A DNA stretch of 41,370 nucleotides from Octopus bimaculoides. Taxonomy: Eukaryota. A program made the position numbers and the translations under genes. Below the pieces are notes generated by a model. That model ran no database searches. It saw nothing but the letters and a program-made list of their open reading frames with translations, and was not told the DNA's origin. Positions 24,450 to 35,472 of the stretch are shown here, piece after piece (position 1 is the first letter of the stretch; every line of letters starts with the position of its first letter). Where the stretch lies: contig NC_068983.1 of the NCBI RefSeq assembly GCF_001194135.2, forward strand, positions 15,202,042 to 15,243,411, in the 5' to 3' direction.

Positions 24450-24896
24450 AAGGCGGTGAACTGGTAGAAACGTTAGCACGCCGGGCGAAATGCTTAGGGG
24501 GATTTCGTCTGCCGTTACGTTCTGAGTTCAAATTCCGCCGAGGTCGACTTTGCCTTTCATCCTTTCGAGGTCGATAAATTGAGTACCAGTTACACACTGG
24601 TGTCGATGTAATCGACTTAATCCCTTGTCTTTCCTTGTTTGTCCCCTCTATGTTTAGCCCCTTGTGGGCAATAAAGAAATAAGAAACGTTAGCACGCCGG
24701 GCGAAATGCTTAGGGGTATTTCGTCTGTCTTGCGTTCTTAGTTCAAATTCCGCCGAGGTCGACTTTGCCTTTCATTCTTTCGGGGTCGATAAATTAAGTA
24801 CCAGTTACGCACTGGGGTTGCTGTAATCGACTTAATCCGTTTGTCTGTCCTTGTTTGTCCCCTCTGTGTGTAGCCCCTTGTGGGCAATAATGAAAT
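24450..24896 (+). mobile_element. Tandem dimer of Meta/MESC-like SINE within a single 20-bp TSD
   Basis: Monomers at 24450-24681 and 24682-24896; TSD AAGAAAATGTGTT(C/T)ACAATA at 24430-24449 and 24897-24916. Confidence 0.93.
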
Positions 24897-24928
24897 AAGA
24901 AAATGTGTTTACAATATTAATAATAATT

Positions 24929-25348
24929 CTTTCAAATTTTGGCACAAGGACTGCAATATTATGGGTAGGGGGTGGTCAGTTGAAACCACAGATTCCAGCT
25001 CTTAGCTGGTGCGTATTTCATTAATCTCGAAAGAATGAAAAGAATTTGAACTTAGAACGTAAAGACGGACGAAATGTTGCTAAGCATTTTCTGCGGCATG
25101 CTAGCGATTATGCCAGCGACGAGCCGGCATAATCATTTCGTCTTTAGGTACAAGACCTGAAATTTGCAGGGAAGAGGCTGGTCGATTACATCGATCCCTG
25201 TTCTCAACTGGTGCTCATTTCATTGAACCCGAAAGAATGACAAATAAAGTCGACCTCGGCGGAATTTGAACTCAGAACATACAGACGGACGAACAGCTGC
25301 TAAGCACTTTGTCCGGCATGCTAACTAATCAGCCAGCTTGTCGCCTTC
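24929..25348 (-). mobile_element. Two adjacent degraded Meta/MESC-like SINEs (24929-25128 and 25137-25348)
   Basis: Each has the GAATTTGAACT(T/C)AGAAC B-box region and the CTAAGCA.TTT..CGGCATGCTA head segment. Confidence 0.85.
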
Positions 25349-25376
25349 ACAATAATAACTTTTAAAAGAAAGAAAG

Positions 25377-25517
25377 GAAGAAGAAGAAGAAGAAGAAGAA
25401 GAAGAAGAAGAAGAAGAAGAAGAAGAAGAAGAAGAAGAAGAAGAAGAAGAAGAAGAAGAAGAAGAAGAAGAAGAAGAAGAAGAAGAAGAAGAAGAAGAAG
25501 AAGAAGAAGAAGAAGAA
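25377..25517. repeat. (GAA)n microsatellite
   Basis: Long, essentially perfect run. Confidence 0.98.
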
Positions 25518-26339
25518 ACTCCAGACATTTTCGAAACAGATAATAAAAAAAGTAAAAAATTAAAATCAAACCAAAAAAAAAAAAAGGAAAACAAAAGAAA
25601 AGAAAACGGTAAAGGACAGAAAAAAGATCATAATGATAAAAAACAAACAAACAAAACAACGTCTTTATCGTTGCCGAATTTCTAGTTTAGCATTAATTAC
25701 TTATGCCGGTTCGTATTTGTTAGTAAATATAGAAGAAAGCTATTATTTATTTAATACCATTAAGAAAATTAACTTAGAACAGAAGATAAAACGGCATGGT
25801 GTCACTCCTTTTTTTCCCTACCTCTGTTTCACCTCATCACAGTTCTTCTTTTTACGAAAATAGGCTACCAACCAGTCTAGGTTATTTTCCCTTGGTAGAC
25901 CAGCGATAAAGTTGTATATTTTATCGTTGAAAAGGTAGGTGAGACAAAACTCGTAAAAACAAAAAGAATAATAAATAGAAATAACAAATAAAATGAATAT
26001 TTTAAATAAACAGAGAAAATAAAAAGAAAATGAAAAGATTCTTCCGTTCTTGAGAAAAGAAAGTCTAAAAATCTAAAAACAAAAAAAGATAGAGAAAACA
26101 CACACATACAATCACACACGCAGTCACTCACATATATNNNNNNNNNNNNNNNNNNNNNNNNNNNNNNNNNNNNNNNNNNNNNNNNNNNNNNNNNNNNNNN
26201 NNNNNNNNNNNNNNNNNNNNNNNNNNNNNNNNNNNNNNNNNNNNNNNNNNNNNNNNNNNNNNNNNNNNNNNNNNNNNNNNNNNNNNNNNNNNNNNNNNNN
26301 NNNNNNNNNNNNNNNNNNNNNNNNNNNNNNNNNNNNNNN

Positions 26340-26389
<50 letters not shown>

Positions 26390-26737
26390 AATATATATAT
26401 ACACACACACACACACACATACATAATATATACACACACACACACGCATATACAAAAGACGTAACTAGTATTTCTAACACCTGTTATTTCAGTTAAATTT
26501 CTGTTAACATATTTAATGCAGAGATCATTAAATGAGCGTTTGCATGGTTTATGATTGAGGCTTTCGTTTCGTAACCACGTGGTTCCGGTTTCAATTTCAC
26601 TAAGCAGCATTCCATATTGGGCAAGTATCTCCTATCTTATCATTCAGTTAACCTATGCATTGTAAATATTATTAGGTGAAAAAGGAAACATTCGCACTTA
26701 ATATATGTGCTTGTGTGTGTCTGTATGCATAAGTATA

Positions 26738-27963
26738 CAGGGTGCGTAAGATATTTGAGGACAGATTTGTGTTTAGAAGATTACAGATATATAACAAATA
26801 ATAGCTTTATTTATCAAAAAATGCTATGGGGATAAAAATAAACCTTCTTGTTTATATTGTTATTCAATGAAGCCACCTTCAGCTTCAACAACTGCTTCTA
26901 TATGAGATTTAAATCCTCTACATGCTCGAATCAAGTGGTCCTGGTTCATTTTGGACATTACTCTGACTGTGACAGCTTTCAAAGAATCTTTGGTGTTACG
27001 CTCCACATGTAATAGTCCAATGGATTGAGATCTGGGGAATTAGGAGGCCAAATGTTAGGGGTTATGCAATCATGAAAATTTTCAGCCATCCATTCCTGTG
27101 TTACTAGAGCTATGTGTGATAGTGCAAAATCTTACTGAAACACATATGGCCTTCCATTGCATACACTGCCTATTGAGGGCTTAACAATTATTTCCAGGAC
27201 CTCAATGTAGGCGGCAGAGTTAACTCTAAGGTCTTGTGGAAAGAAGTAAGGAGGCATCACATGTCCTTCATTGCTGACAACCTCTAAAACCATGACAGTT
27301 GCACGAAATTTTGTATGCATAACACTTAGAACTTCAGAAGGGTCTGCACATAACCATCTGTTACCTCTTCTGTTAACTTTTTGACCTTGGTCAAAGTTTT
27401 TCTCGTTTGAGAAAAGCTAAATCAAATTTTCTTCTGTTGGATTTTTAAGTCTGTTTAAGAACCTTTTAAATCAGATGTAGTGATTTTCTTTTGTTTTTTC
27501 TGACAAATTGACCTTTCCTCATCATATAAGACATATCTGTCTTCGTGGACAACATTTCTGATTGTTCCTTCTGACACATGGAAGTCTTTTGCAATTTACC
27601 TCATGGACTTTCTGGGATTGCAATCAATGGTCTGTTGAACTTGCTGGATAAATTCAGGTGTTCTAGTGATTTCAGAGCGTTTAGAATGCTCTTTATGCTT
27701 TGATACTGGTGATACGTTTCCATCTTCAGTCTCTAGCTCCTTACAAACTTTGTAGACGAAAGATCTGGCAACTTTTAAAAATCGAGATATTTCTAAATCG
27801 CTATGCTCAGCCTTTATGACCACAATAACAGCATGCCTCTTCATTTCTTGAGTAAGTTGAGGGTCTGCCATTATTATTTTCTGAAACAAAGGTTATACAG
27901 AGTTAGCAAAAAATGCAGCAATGACACAAAAACGTTATGTCCTCAAATACCTTACGCAGCCTG
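26738..27963 (-). mobile_element. Full-length, inactive DD37D (maT) Tc1/mariner DNA transposon, 1226 bp
   Basis: 26-bp TIRs CAGG(G/C)TGCGTAAG(A/G)TATTTGAGGACA (24/26 identical) flanked by TA on both sides; contains a decayed transposase. Confidence 0.95.
26860..27871 (-). pseudogene. maT/DD37D transposase pseudogene
   Basis: MADPQLTQEMKRHAV..TPEFIQQVQ..NPRKSMR*IAKDFHVSEGTIRNVVHED..LFSNEKNFDQ (first D mutated to N)..PYVFQ*D-x37-D with WPPNSPDLNPLDY..EAVVEAEGGFIE*. I counted 37 residues between the last two catalytic Asp. Several stops and frameshifts. Confidence 0.93.
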
Positions 27964-28009
27964 TATATATACACATGCATATGTGCGTGTCCATGTGTGT
28001 GTATATATT

Positions 28010-28358
28010 CTTTCATTCTTTTACTTGTTTCTGTAATTTGACTGAAGTCTTGCTGGAGCACCGCCTTCAGCACTTATTCCATCGGTTTCTTTTGTCGTTC
28101 CGCTAAATTACGGGGACGTAAACGCACCAACACCGGTTGTCAAACGGGGATGGAAGGACAAATAAGCACAAAGACACACGCATACAGATACATACATATA
28201 TATATATACATGACGGGCTTCTTTTAGTTTCCTTCCACCAAATCCATTCAGAAGGCTTTGGTCAGCCCGAAGCCATAGAAGAAGAGACTTGCCTAAGGTG
28301 CCATGCAGTGGGACTGAACCCTGGACCATATGGTTGAGAAGCAAGCTTCTTACCACAC
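28010..28358 (-). mobile_element. CORE-like tRNA-SINE, diverged
   Basis: Aligns to 19223-19652 across the head, the CORE-like region and the tail. Confidence 0.88.
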
Positions 28359-28557
28359 ACACATATATATATATTAGAAAATTTGTTTTGACTAAGTTAC
28401 TAAATTTCGTATGACTATTTATTCAACCAGTTGGTTGAGTAGGTGAAACTTAAAGTTTCCATGTTGAATTTCGCCATCAGTAAGCGTTCTACTGTTATTC
28501 TAGCTTTAGAATAACAACCTTGATTTAACTTTTATATATACACGTGTGTGTGTGTGT

Positions 28558-28609
<52 letters not shown>

Positions 28610-29353
28610 NNNNNNNNNNNNNNNNNNNNNNNNNNNNNNNNNNNNNNNNNNNNNNNNNNNNNNNNNNNNNNNNNNNNNNNNNNNNNNNNNNNNNNNNNNN
28701 NNNNNNNNNNNNNNNNNNNNNNNNNNNNNNNNNNNNNNNNNNNNNNNNNNNNNNNNNNNNNNNNNNNNNNNNNNNNNNNNNNNNNNNNNNNNNNNNNNNN
28801 NNNNNNNNNNNNNNNNNNNNNNNNNNNNNNNNNNNNNNNNNNNNNNNNNNNNNNNNNNNNNNNNNNNNNNNNNNNNNNNNNNNNNNNNNNNNNNNNNNNN
28901 NNNNNNNNNNNNNNNNNNNNNNNNNNNNNNNNNNNNNNNNNNNNNNNNNNNNNNNNNNNNNNNNNNNNNNNNNNNNNNNNNNNNNNNNNNNNNNNNNNNN
29001 NNNNNNNNNNNNNNNNNNNNNNNNNNNNNNNNNNNNNNNNNNNNNNNNNNNNNNNNNNNNNNNNNNNNNNNNNNNNNNNNNNNNNNNNNNNNNNNNNNNN
29101 NNNNNNNNNNNNNNNNNNNNNNNNNNNNNNNNNNNNNNNNNNNNNNNNNNNNNNNNNNNNNNNNNNNNNNNNNNNNNNNNNNNNNNNNNNNNNNNNNNNN
29201 NNNNNNNNNNNNNNNNNNNNNNNNNNNNNNNNNNNNNNNNNNNNNNNNNNNNNNNNNNNNNNNNNNNNNNNNNNNNNNNNNNNNNNNNNNNNNNNNNNNN
29301 NNNNNNNNNNNNNNNNNNNNNNNNNNNNNNNNNNNNNNNNNNNNNNNNNNNNN

Positions 29354-29391
<38 letters not shown>

Positions 29392-29642
29392 TCGAAAAAT
29401 CAAATAAAACATTTTTCGTTGTAAGAAATTACTTTGAGGTGTTTTATTCCGTCTAAGCTGGGAAATCTTTTGTCATTCTTGCCATCTCAGCTGCTGCAAA
29501 GCAGTGATTCGGTCGGTTAAACTTCTATAACCATTGATGCTATTGTTTACAAGACGGGTGATATAAAAAAAAATGATAAATATATAGTAAGGAAAGAAAT
29601 ATTAGTTTCAAAATTTGGCACAACTGTTTCCATACAGTTTCT

Positions 29643-29874
29643 TATTTCTTTATTGCCCACGAGGGGCTAAATATTGAGGGGACAAACAAGAACAGACAAA
29701 AAGGATTAAGTCAATTACATCGTCCCCAGTGCGTAACTGGTACTTAATTTATCAACCCCGAAAGGATGTAAGGCAAAGTCGACCTCGGCGGAATTTGTAC
29801 TCAGAACGTTACGGCAGATGAAATACCACTAAGCATTTTGCGCGGCGTGCTAACGTTTCTTCCAGCTCGCCGCC
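29643..29874 (-). mobile_element. Full-length Meta/MESC-like SINE with a perfect 17-bp TSD
   Basis: TSD GTTTCCATACAGTTTCT at 29626-29642 and 29875-29891. Confidence 0.94.
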
Positions 29875-29899
29875 GTTTCCATACAGTTTCTGGTTAGTA

Positions 29900-30010
29900 A
29901 ATTCCCTCACAAGACACTGGTCGGCCTGGGACTACAGTAGAAGACATTTGCCCATAGTGCTACACAAGGAAACTGAAGCTGAAAGTTTGCTGATCCCACA
30001 GCCATGTCTG
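29900..30010 (-). mobile_element. Degraded 5' part of a CORE-like SINE
   Basis: CTCACAAGACACTGGTCGGCCTGGGACTACAGTAGAAGACATTTGCCCA matches the reverse of the CORE-like region. Confidence 0.6.
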
Positions 30011-30143
30011 CATATTCTTGGCAAACAAATTCTGTAAATTTCGCTTTCGGTCTTCTTTGAATGCGGGTGGAGCTTATTTTAGGGTAAAAACAGAATCACG
30101 TTTCTCTTTAGAAAATTTTTTTTTTTTAAATGGAGATATATTG

Positions 30144-30305
30144 ATTTCAAATTTTGACACGAGGCCAGCAATTTCGGTGAAGGAGTAAGTCGATTACATT
30201 TTATCGACCCCCCAAAGGATGAAAGGCAAAGTCGAACTCGGCGGGATTTGAACTCTGAACGTGGAGATGAACGACGCGGTAACGATTGTGCCAGCTCACT
30301 GCCTT
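30144..30305 (-). mobile_element. Meta/MESC-like SINE, internally deleted
   Basis: GGATGAAAGGCAAAGTCGAACTCGGCGGGATTTGAACTC core plus head and tail ends. Confidence 0.85.
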
Positions 30306-32050
30306 AAATATATAGAGATATATTGCAAATGAAAAATATCAATCGTTTAATAAAAAAAATAATAAATAAAAGATTTCACCACGTATGAAATAATGCAATA
30401 ACCGCAACTGAAAGTATCAATGAGACATCTTTTGTGTGAACGTTGGATCCACAGATTCAAAGAGAATGGAGGTTATTGTTCTAGACCAGTTATGGACAAT
30501 CAACAGCCTGCAGGATTTTCTGAATGGCATGCCTAAACGAAAATTTACTTTGAACTTATTTAGTAAGTCTCATGTGGTCCGCTTCTCAGAAAAAGATCGC
30601 CTAAGCCTGTTCTAGAATGTTTGTGCCTTTGTACCTACACGGCCAAAATTTGTAATCTGTAGATTAATATCTGAAGTAATTTAGAGAACGCGGTAACGCT
30701 AAAAGTCGGTTGGATAGATAGATAAATAGCTCTCTATAATTTCCTTAAAACTAAAAATTCAGTTTCACATTAGCATGTTGTTAATCACACCAATTTAAAT
30801 TCTAACTGAAACGAGACTGTGTGCGGTGCAATGGAGTCGTAATGTCGGTATCTCGGTCCCTAGATCGCTATAAGTGATTATATCGTATACCGTCAATAAA
30901 GCTTCGCCTCTTTCTTAATCTACTTCAGCATTCTCTCGCCTTCTGTGTCCCACTCCCCGCCTCTCTCTCCCCTCTCTCTCTCTTTTTCTCCCTCTCTCTN
31001 NNNNNNNNNNNNNNNNNNNNNNNNNNNNNNNNNNNNNNNNNNNNNNNNNNNNNNNNNNNNNNNNNNNNNNNNNNNNNNNNNNNNNNNNNNNNNNNNNNNN
31101 NNNNNNNNNNNNNNNNTCTCTCTCTCTCTCTCTCTCTCTCTCTATTTCTTTCCCACTCTGTCTCTCTCTCTCTTATCTCATCAACTTCTACTCTGCTCAA
31201 TCTTCAACATAGATTTAAAGCAATCGGTAATTTATTTATCTCACGCAAGTGTGATGAATAACAGCAATAACTTGAATTTTCCTAATCAAGGATATTCATC
31301 GACGAGTGATTAGTCCTATTGAGTTTGGCGTAGTCTTAAAGTTAGGGAACGAAGGAGTGGGGGGGGGGAATTCGGGAGTTATGATGTTCATACATTTCCA
31401 GAGGATATTAGTGATATATGTAACGATTGTGAAATAACTAGCTAGAACTTGTGATAAGCAATTTATATTCTATTCTACAACACCCATCGTATGTACACAC
31501 ATACACACCAAGACACAAACACATGCGCACACACACGCGTAAGTGTGTGTGTATGGATGTATATATGTATATTGAAAAAATCTGATTAGTGACAAAATAA
31601 ATCAGTAACTGTACGTGACCAAATAAATAACTTTGCTGTATGTATTCAGTACTCTTAATATNNNNNNNNNNNNNNNNNNNNNNNNNNNNNNNNNNNNNNN
31701 NNNNNNNNNNNNNNNNNNNNNNNNNNNNNNNNNNNNNNNNNNNNNNNNNNNNNNNNNNNNNNNNNNNNNNNNNNNNNNNNNNNNNNNNNNNNNNNNNNNN
31801 NNNNNNNNNNNNNNNNNNNNNNNNNNNNNNNNNNNNNNNNNNNNNNNNNNNNNNNNNNNNNNNNNNNNNNNNNNNNNNNNNNNNNNNNNNNNNNNNNNNN
31901 NNNNNNNNNNNNNNNNNNNNNNNNNNNNNNNNNNNNNNNNNNNNNNNNNNNNNNNNNNNNNNNNNNNNNNNNNNNNNNNNNNNNNNNNNNNNNNNNNNNN
32001 NNNNNNNNNNNNNNNNNNNNNNNNNNNNNATATATATATATATATATATA

Positions 32051-33270
32051 GGGAGAGAGTGAGTAAAACACAAAAGAATGGAGAATTACATATTATTTAA
32101 TCAGCTTACCCACATTTCGGATAGATTGGCAAATTCCGAAACTCTGCGATGCAGTAATCGGGTGTATTTATCTTAGTGGATCAAGATTCCACAGAGATAC
32201 AGAAATTTAACACCAGCTTATTCAATTTCAATGAATTCTATATCTAAAAATAAAATATATTCCTTAGTGAATAACGTATTGTTTATTTTCCTTTGAAATT
32301 TTCATGAATTCAACGTGTTTTCTTCTACTTATAGTTTATATTTAGAATTAATACTGATCAGATAACATTTTTATCGTAACCTAAATAGTATACCTACTAA
32401 ACAGTATGGTTCTACGTACCTCTTCTATGTAGATGAATTGATTAGTAGTACTTTAAATGTGATAGAAATATTGTCATAAACATTCTTCAAGTTTCCAGGA
32501 TGGATTGTAGAAATTAAGTATCATATTACAATGCTATCATGATCTGGTAAAGGCAATTCCTAAATAGGTCTGTTGAAATGCCTCCTTGCGGTCAATATTG
32601 TTAGTTTTACTAATTTCTATCGCCCTTAAAATGTTACCTATTCCAAGCAGTGTGGTATAGCCTTTATAAGGATAGTATGGTGTTAAATTTCTTTATCTCA
32701 ATAGAATATTAGTCGATCAAATATGAGGTCAAATAGGCGCAGGAGCAGCTGTGTGGTAAGTAGCTTGCTTACGAACCACATGGTTCCGGGTCCAGTCCCA
32801 CTGCATGGCACCTTGGACAAGTGTCTTCTATTATAGCCTCGGGCCGACAAAAGCCTTGTGAGTGGATTTGGTAGACGGAAACTGAAAGAAGCCCGTCGTA
32901 TATATGTATATATATATATATGCGTGTGTGTGTGTGTTGTGTGTATCTGTGTTTGTCCCCCCAACATCGCTTGTCAACCGATGCTGGTGTGTTTAGGTCT
33001 CCGTAACTTAGTGGCTCGGCAAAAGAGACCGATAGAATAAGTACTAGGCTTACAAAAAATAATTCCTGGGGTCGATTTGATTCGACTAAAGGCGGTGCTC
33101 CAGCATGGCTGCAGTCAAATGGCTGAAACAAATAAAAGAATAAAAGAATACCTGATTACTACATTGCAAATTTTTGGAATTTGCTAATCTATCCGAAACG
33201 TCGGTAAGCTGATTAAATAATTAATAATTCTCCACTTTTTACGTGTTTTTCTATTGACTCTCTGGCCTTA
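32051..33270. mobile_element. Segment bounded by long inverted repeats (probable old non-autonomous transposon or inverted PLE termini)
   Basis: 32092-32162 vs reverse complement of 33151-33221: 62/71 identical with no indels, extending more loosely to about 32051 and 33270. Confidence 0.6.
32735..33150 (+). mobile_element. Full-length CORE-like tRNA-SINE
   Basis: Closely matches 19223-19652 along its whole length. Confidence 0.93.
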
Positions 33271-33442
33271 TACGGAATTTGTTTGGTGATTGAACTTAAG
33301 ATTTACAAATTAGACAGGAAGTGGAAAGTAAATTTACGGTCTACGTGAATTACCATAGGTTTCACTGGACAATCTAGTTAGATAAGTTTGATCCTTACAG
33401 TATAAAGTATTCGCCTAGACTTTCAATCCTATTTCCTTTGTT

Positions 33443-33490
<48 letters not shown>

Positions 33491-33499
33491 CTTAGTTTT

Positions 33500-33878
33500 T
33501 CCTTGGGTCTGGCCAGACTGGAGCAATATCGAGAATAACCAGCCAAAATTGCAAGGATAATCTGGATCTCGACTGAAGAAGGACAACTCCGAATGACCTG
33601 TCCGTGTTTTCTTTGTATCGTCTGTCTGTATGTTTTGTGCCTTTCTTGTATCACCTAACTGTCTGGATGTTTTGTGTTCTTGCCCCATTCTGTGACCACA
33701 ACATTCAATTTTTTTTTCTCCGTGTTTTTCTCCTTGTTTTTTTCCTTATTCTTTCTGTTGACGAGCGTAGCTCGAAACGTTAAAGACTTTCTCTATTCCC
33801 GAACGTTAAACTAATACATCCTTTTGTTGTTTACACCACCTGTCCTCGTCTGTTGTTTTTTTCGTAAAGTCTCCCATA
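33500..33878 (+). mobile_element. Penelope-like element terminal fragment
   Basis: Contains CTGAAGAAGG..CCGAA and ..GAGCGTAGCTCGAAACGTTAAAGACTTT; its 3' part is shared with 39780-39870; lies between (TA)n and a gap. Confidence 0.6.
33750..33786 (+). ncRNA. Minimal hammerhead-like motif, copy 2
   Basis: UCUUU / CUGUUGA / C / GAGC-GUA-GCUC / GAA / ACGU / U / AAAGA. Confidence 0.4.
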
Positions 33879-33999
33879 NNNNNNNNNNNNNNNNNNNNNN
33901 NNNNNNNNNNNNNNNNNNNNNNNNNNNNNNNNNNNNNNNNNNNNNNNNNNNNNNNNNNNNNNNNNNNNNNNNNNNNNNNNNNNNNNNNNNNNNNNNNNN

Positions 34000-34038
<39 letters not shown>

Positions 34039-34079
34039 AATATATATATTCTCAACATATACAGGAGTTTGCACACATA

Positions 34080-34185
34080 AGAGGGGTGTATGAAAAGTTT
34101 TGAGCCTTGAAGTCTTCTACCTTCATCAGAAGTCTTGTACCATGTTTTGTTTTTCTGAGGCTCAAGACTTTTGATACACCCCTCG
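34080..34185. mobile_element. 106-bp mariner-type MITE
   Basis: 28-bp TIRs (C/A)GAGGGGTGTAT(C/G)AAAAGT(C/T)TTGAGCCT, 25/28 identical, flanked by TA at 34078-34079 and 34186-34187. Confidence 0.9.
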
Positions 34186-34191
34186 TATAAG

Positions 34192-34335
34192 ACAGATTCC
34201 CTTACGACTTCCGCCTACCAAATTTCACTCACAAAGTACAGACCAACCAGAGGCTGTAGTTGAAGGCGTTTAAAACATTTATCCAAGGCACTGCGAACGA
34301 GAATCAAACTCTGAACCACATGGTTGCCATGGGAA
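34192..34335 (-). mobile_element. Degraded 5' part of a CORE-like SINE
   Basis: TTCCGCCTACCAAATTTCACTCACAA..CCAAGGCAC..GAACCACATGGTTG..CTTAACCACAC. Confidence 0.65.
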
Positions 34336-34554
34336 TAGCTTAACCACACAACTTCATCAGCCTTTATTTCTAAGCTTGATGTTATTAATGTTCTTGATAA
34401 TATGGTTGACGGCAGTGCTGTTATTTGGATTGTTTACGCTTATTGATGTAGGAGATAAAATAAAATGAGAGTTGTAATTGCTGACGTTTTTGATAGTCAC
34501 TTCTATTGGCTATTTTTTTATTATTTTTCGAATATTTTGCCAGATTTTCTTTAT

Positions 34555-34629
<75 letters not shown>

Positions 34630-34679
34630 CATGTATGTATGTATATGTATATGTATGTATGTATATATACATATATATA
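34555..34679. repeat. (GATA)n followed by (TATG)n/(TA)n microsatellite
   Basis: Direct tandem runs abutting a gap. Confidence 0.97.
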
Positions 34680-35021
34680 NNNNNNNNNNNNNNNNNNNNN
34701 NNNNNNNNNNNNNNNNNNNNNNNNNNNNNNNNNNNNNNNNNNNNNNNNNNNNNNNNNNNNNNNNNNNNNNNNNNNNNNNNNNNNNNNNNNNNNNNNNNNN
34801 NNNNNNNNNNNNNNNNNNNNNNNNNNNNNNNNNNNNNNNNNNNNNNNNNNNNNNNNNNNNNNNNNNNNNNNNNNNNNNNNNNNNNNNNNNNNNNNNNNNN
34901 NNNNNNNNNNNNNNNNNNNNNNNNNNNNNNNNNNNNNNNNNNNNNNNNNNNNNNNNNNNNNNNNNNNNNNNNNNNNNNNNNNNNNNNNNNNNNNNNNNNN
35001 NNNNNNNNNNNNNNNNNNNNN

Positions 35022-35060
<39 letters not shown>

Positions 35061-35433
35061 TATATATGTATATATATATATAACTCTTTTTATTTATCTT
35101 TCTTTTTCTATCATTTTCCCATTTTTCCTTAACCACAAGCAAAGGTGAAACAATTTCATTCCTCTTTCGATAGTGATAAAAAAATAATCAGTTTAAGCTC
35201 AAGATTCACATTGAAGGCTTCTTTCCCCACAACTCTAAGCCTGCCTGTTTCCTCGACTCCCTTCCTAACTCTTCCAGCAACCACTCAACTGATTTACTAT
35301 CTCCCGTTCTGCATTAAGGATGTATATCTTATTTCACTTCTGTCTGAAATCATTTTCAGTGACTACAGCTCTTTTTTTTTTTTAATTTCACACTCTTCCC
35401 ACACTGATGCTGTTGGTGTAGAAGCCGGTTTAG

Positions 35434-35472
<39 letters not shown>

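Noticed and set aside
30430-30530. ERWIHRFKENGGYCSRP resembling a Tc1 HTH-linker segment
   Set aside because: Too short, with no downstream catalytic motifs or TIRs; could be chance.
33151-33205. Possible hammerhead in the inverted-repeat arm (CTGATTA..CCGAAACGTC)
   Set aside because: G8 is missing, stem I does not pair, and the sister arm lacks CUGA.
6549-35148. Long ORFs composed mostly of X
   Set aside because: Artefacts of N-runs flanked by (TA)n or (CA)n.
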